From Candidatus Latescibacterota bacterium (GTDB lineage: Bacteria > Latescibacterota > UBA2968), in NCBI GenBank assembly GCA_965204745.1, contig OZ242010.1, positions 2,752,001 to 2,816,000 of the forward strand: a stretch of 64,000 nt of DNA, in the 5' to 3' direction. The number at the start of each line of letters is the position of its first letter. The stretch's first letter is position 1. Both the position numbers and the translations under genes were made by a program. The notes under the pieces were generated by a model. The model was given only the letters and a program-made list of their open reading frames with translations. It was not told the origin of the DNA and ran no database searches. This document shows positions 64,000 to 64,000 of the stretch, piece after piece.

Positions 64000-64000
64000 C

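Overview
GC-rich bacterial chromosomal window with about 50 coding regions. No rRNA, tRNA or CRISPR array was seen. The gene content resembles Latescibacterota/Gemmatimonadota/Poribacteria-type sponge-associated genomes; this is inference only, from the DUF6785-type membrane protein, two PhyH dioxygenases, a YWTD/CARDB/EF-hand surface protein and many sugar oxidoreductases. Backbone genes: gldG-like/DUF4340/bat genes, a dapF-like gene, mutS, a corrinoid methyl-transfer operon, dxs, xerC, ubiA-like/ubiX and a partial gatB. Co-oriented accessory genes interrupt this backbone: (i) an AT-richer four-gene candidate defence island at 35.7-43.5 kb (REase-fold protein, TPR-like protein, TIR-TPR-double-PIN giant, 642-aa partner); (ii) an orphan N4-C methyltransferase bracketed by heptamer repeats; (iii) a single-chain R-M fusion; (iv) an REase-HEPN protein; (v) an orphan antitoxin with a 13-codon PIN toxin stump; (vi) a 1309-aa surface protein with hypervariable propeller blades and an apparently swapped C-terminus. 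An AT-rich islet at 14.7-15.85 kb holds three copies of a ~36-nt leader repeat, each ahead of an RBS and small ORF; one copy is split by a 153-nt structured element. Intergenic regions are mosaics of heptamer/nonamer tandem repeats and GTAG REP-like hairpins. A consensus sigma54 promoter at 62.73 kb precedes a structured stretch without a convincing ORF. All family assignments come from motif recognition by eye, not from database searches.
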